Part shown: piece by piece, positions 61,361 through 64,000 of the stretch
How positions within the stretch are numbered: position 1 is the first letter of the stretch
Layout of the letters: each line of letters begins with the position of its first letter
Source of the DNA: Candidatus Uhrbacteria bacterium
GTDB taxonomy: Bacteria; Patescibacteriota; Patescibacteriia; UBA9934; GWF2-40-263
Direction of reading: 5' to 3'
Length of the DNA stretch: 64,000 nucleotides
Assembly: GCA_016844925.1 (NCBI GenBank)
Contig: JAERTI010000036.1
Location: forward strand, 79,863 to 143,862
Position numbers and translations under genes: made by a program
The notes under the pieces: model-generated
What the model saw: the letters and a program-made list of their open reading frames with translations, nothing else
What the model was told of the DNA's origin: nothing
Databases searched by the model: none

Positions 61361-62176
61361 TTATTCAACAGTAATCGTCGCGGTATGAGCATCTTCGTAC
61401 TTGTCGTGATATTCGTGGTCACCAGCTTCATCGAAGTAGCGGGAGAAGTGGTCGCCCTCATTGAGCGTACCGGTACCCCATGAGCTGTCATCTGCACTTG
61501 CTCCATGCTTCTCAGTGCTTTCGTTCACGAAGCGGATGGCCGTACCAGCATCGACAGTAAGTTCTGCTGGATCGAAGCCGTTGTCATCGATGGAAACAAC
61601 GACGTACTCCATGAGTCCTCTGTCTGTTCCAATGTCGTACGCATCTGCCTCTTCCGCATCTGGATCAAACTGTGAAGCGAATTCGAGCTCGGATCCCATA
61701 GTGTAGTTTGGGAAGAACCCGTCTGGAACGTCGTCGATCATGGTGTTCCAGCTTGAGCCGTAGAGGTCGGTGGCAACTTCCTCAGAAGGGATGGCCATGA
61801 TCTCTCCGCCTGCTCCGACAACGTAGACGGTTGGGTCAGAGTTGATCTTGATCATTTTTACTCCGGGCTTGTACGTCACGTTTCCACCGATCTGAATGGA
61901 AGACATGTCGGAGTCGGTAAGCCACTGGACGTCGTCAAAGTTGTCGTACCAAGTGAAGTAGGCTTTGTCGTTTGGAAAGACGTAACGGAATCCGTCTGCT
62001 CCATAGTAATAAACAGCTGAGAATCCCTCTCCGCGGATGAGATCACCAGCTTCTAGGTCTTCTGGGGCAACCGTTGCAGTCGCACTGGCCTGCGGGACAG
62101 CCTGAGCAAAAAGGAGGGCAATCGCGAGAGCCATTGTTGTGGCGAGCACAGAGAAAAACGTAAGGCGTTTTGTCAT
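61361..62176 (-). CDS. Exported protein with C-terminal cupredoxin-like domain (paralog 1)
   Basis: Signal peptide; GDLI.G.S.SAVYY.G.DG.RYVFPN...Y.TWY; F.P..LTV..GT...F.N. Confidence 0.75.
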   Translation of the reverse strand: MTKRLTFFSVLATTMALAIALLFAQAVPQASATATVAPEDLEAGDLIRGEGFSAVYYYGADGFRYVFPNDKAYFTWYDNFDDVQWLTDSDMSSIQIGGNVTYKPGVKMIKINSDPTVYVVGAGGEIMAIPSEEVATDLYGSSWNTMIDDVPDGFFPNYTMGSELEFASQFDPDAEEADAYDIGTDRGLMEYVVVSIDDNGFDPAELTVDAGTAIRFVNESTEKHGASADDSSWGTGTLNEGDHFSRYFDEAGDHEYHDKYEDAHTATITVE

Positions 62177-62254
62177 AGGGTGCTTTGTTTATATAAAGAT
62201 AACGAGAAAATTATAGCATAATCAAAAAACGGCCGCGAGGGCCGTTTTTTCTTG

Positions 62255-63064
62255 CTATTCCACAATGATCGCGCCTTCAAACACGTTCCGGTCGTCGAGT
62301 TTTGAGTAGTAGATCCAGGTTCCGGCTTCATCGAAGTAGCGTGTGTAATGATCGCCCGGTTCCATGGTTCCTGATCCCCATAGACCATCAAATTCTGTCA
62401 CAGCATGGTTTTCACTACCGGTATTTGTGAAGCGTACGGCTGTGTCAGTTGAAATGGTGATGGTCGACTCGTCGTAGCCACTATCTGTCACAGAAACTTG
62501 GCGCGCGGGTCGAAGGTTTTTGTCGTCATCGATGCTCATGGCGTCGAGCTGCTCGGTTTCAACGGAGAACTGGCTGGCAAACTCGAGGCGGCTCCCGAGA
62601 GAGTAGTTTGGGAAGAAGCCGTCTGGAACGTCGTCGATCATGGTGTTCCAGCTTGAGCCATAGAGCTCGACGGCAACATCTTCTGAATCAATTGCCCGCA
62701 GCACACCACCAGCACCCACCGTGTAGACCGTTGGGTCAGAGGTGATCTTGATCATCTTAACTCCTGGTTTGTACGTAACATTCCCGCCGATCTGGACCGT
62801 GGCCATGTCGGCATCTGAGAGCCAGCGGACGTCGTCAAAGTCGTCGTACCAAGTGAAGTAAGTTTTATCGTTGGGGAACACGTAACGCAGGCCGTCCTCG
62901 CCGTAGTAGTAGACCGCGGAGAAACTCTCGCCGCGAATCAGGTCGCCGGCAGACAGATCCTCTGGTGAAACGGTGGACGCGTTGGCGGGGAGGGCGAAGA
63001 GCAGCAGTGCTGCCATGAGGGCGAGACCCAAGATGTTTGTTGGGGCTGAAAGAGTATGTTGCAT
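62255..63064 (-). CDS. Exported protein with C-terminal cupredoxin-like domain (paralog 2)
   Basis: Near-collinear paralog of 61361..62176. Confidence 0.75.
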   Translation of the reverse strand: MQHTLSAPTNILGLALMAALLLFALPANASTVSPEDLSAGDLIRGESFSAVYYYGEDGLRYVFPNDKTYFTWYDDFDDVRWLSDADMATVQIGGNVTYKPGVKMIKITSDPTVYTVGAGGVLRAIDSEDVAVELYGSSWNTMIDDVPDGFFPNYSLGSRLEFASQFSVETEQLDAMSIDDDKNLRPARQVSVTDSGYDESTITISTDTAVRFTNTGSENHAVTEFDGLWGSGTMEPGDHYTRYFDEAGTWIYYSKLDDRNVFEGAIIVE

Positions 63065-63068
63065 ACGA

Positions 63069-63731
63069 TTAGTTTGCACCGAGGCCCATGAGCCTCTCGT
63101 TTAATGCTTGTAGTTTACCAGTGGGGTCTGGATCTTTGAAGATGAGACTCGCGGCACACAGGCGGTTTGCGCCCATGTTAGTAAGCGGCTCGATGAGTTC
63201 ATCTGTCAGTCCACCGTCCATTTCGATGACGAGGTCTTCTCGGTGTTGGCGCGCCTCGGCGATCTTGTCGAGCACTGATTGTCCCAAGAAGGCTTGTCCT
63301 GACTTACCAGGATGCACCCCCATGATTGTTAGTTGATCGATAGTGTGAAGGACGTTTTCGATGGCAGACAGAGGTGTTTCAGGATTCACAGCCACTCCAA
63401 CCTCCAATCCAAGTTTATCCTTTACCTGGTCTACGATGGCCCCCACGGGACGGTCGATCTCTGCATGAATGATCGCGCGTTTGAATGTTGGAACGTGTTT
63501 ATTCCATGTCTCGATAACGGGGAGGGGATTTTTCACCATCAGGTGAAGTTCCATGTCCACATCGGTCTTAAGGGTGCCAATCTGCTCGGCATCGAACCAG
63601 TTGGTTTGACCAAAGAGACTTCCGTCGAGCACGTCGACCTGGATGAGTTTTGTGTGTGGTTCAACAAGACGGAGTTTGGTTTCAAACTCTTCGAACGATT
63701 CGACTAAGAATGCGGGGACGATTTGGCTCAT
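63069..63731 (-). CDS. rpe: Ribulose-phosphate 3-epimerase
   Basis: DV.DG, HLMV..P, NPETP, MGVHPG.SGQ.F, .DGG. Confidence 0.92.
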   Translation of the reverse strand: MSQIVPAFLVESFEEFETKLRLVEPHTKLIQVDVLDGSLFGQTNWFDAEQIGTLKTDVDMELHLMVKNPLPVIETWNKHVPTFKRAIIHAEIDRPVGAIVDQVKDKLGLEVGVAVNPETPLSAIENVLHTIDQLTIMGVHPGKSGQAFLGQSVLDKIAEARQHREDLVIEMDGGLTDELIEPLTNMGANRLCAASLIFKDPDPTGKLQALNERLMGLGAN

Positions 63732-64000
63732 ACGCCGTACTCTTGGTTCTCAATCTCTTCCACTTTCTTTAGTCGGCGCACGTGGCGCTCCGCCCCAGAG
63801 AATTCTGTGCCGAGCCAGGTGTCGACGATCTGGACGGCCTCTTTTTCTTTGATGTGACGGCCTGGGAGACAGAGGATGTTTGAGTTGTCGTCCTCGCGAG
63901 CGCTCTTGGCAACGTCTTCGTTAAAGCCTGTTGCTGCTCGGACACCACGGACTTTGTTAGCAACAATGCAGATCCCTTGTGCGCTACCGCAGATCACGAT
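63728..64000 (-). CDS. rpiB: Ribose-5-phosphate isomerase B, 5' end outside the window
   Basis: ICGSAQG.CI.ANKV.GVRA, N.N.LCL, F....RH.RR..K. Confidence 0.92.
   Translation of the reverse strand: MVICGSAQGICIVANKVRGVRAATGFNEDVAKSAREDDNSNILCLPGRHIKEKEAVQIVDTWLGTEFSGAERHVRRLKKVEEIENQEYGV

Overview
Chromosomal segment of a bacterium using genetic code 11 whose gene content points to Patescibacteria/CPR (inference). Clues are the VirB2/TrbC-like pilin array, split transketolase, paired PfkB kinases around fba, GlmU reduced to its N-terminal half, and an insertion-bearing 23S rRNA. It carries cell-envelope genes (PBP1A, glmS, ddl, galU, flippase, O-antigen-ligase-like proteins, SpoIID, DD-carboxypeptidase, L,D-transpeptidase). 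It also has an Fe-S assembly locus, ruvB, rlmH, an H1-like basic protein, six dispersed tRNAs, a 23S-5S unit with no 16S, and a pentose-phosphate/glycolysis cluster. The most striking pattern is two expression 'dialects'. Many ordinary genes start 8-10 nt after a (TGn)TAnnnT box and have no Shine-Dalgarno, so they look near-leaderless. Seven GC-rich genes behind six promoters have TTGAC(A/T) -35 boxes, strong SDs and often long structured leaders. They encode membrane proteins, lipoproteins, a lytic-transglycosylase-like protein, a DGR-target-like protein and an NrN-like DHH phosphodiesterase. No CRISPR array, integrase, transposase or reverse transcriptase was seen. All family calls come from motif recognition by eye, not from database searches.
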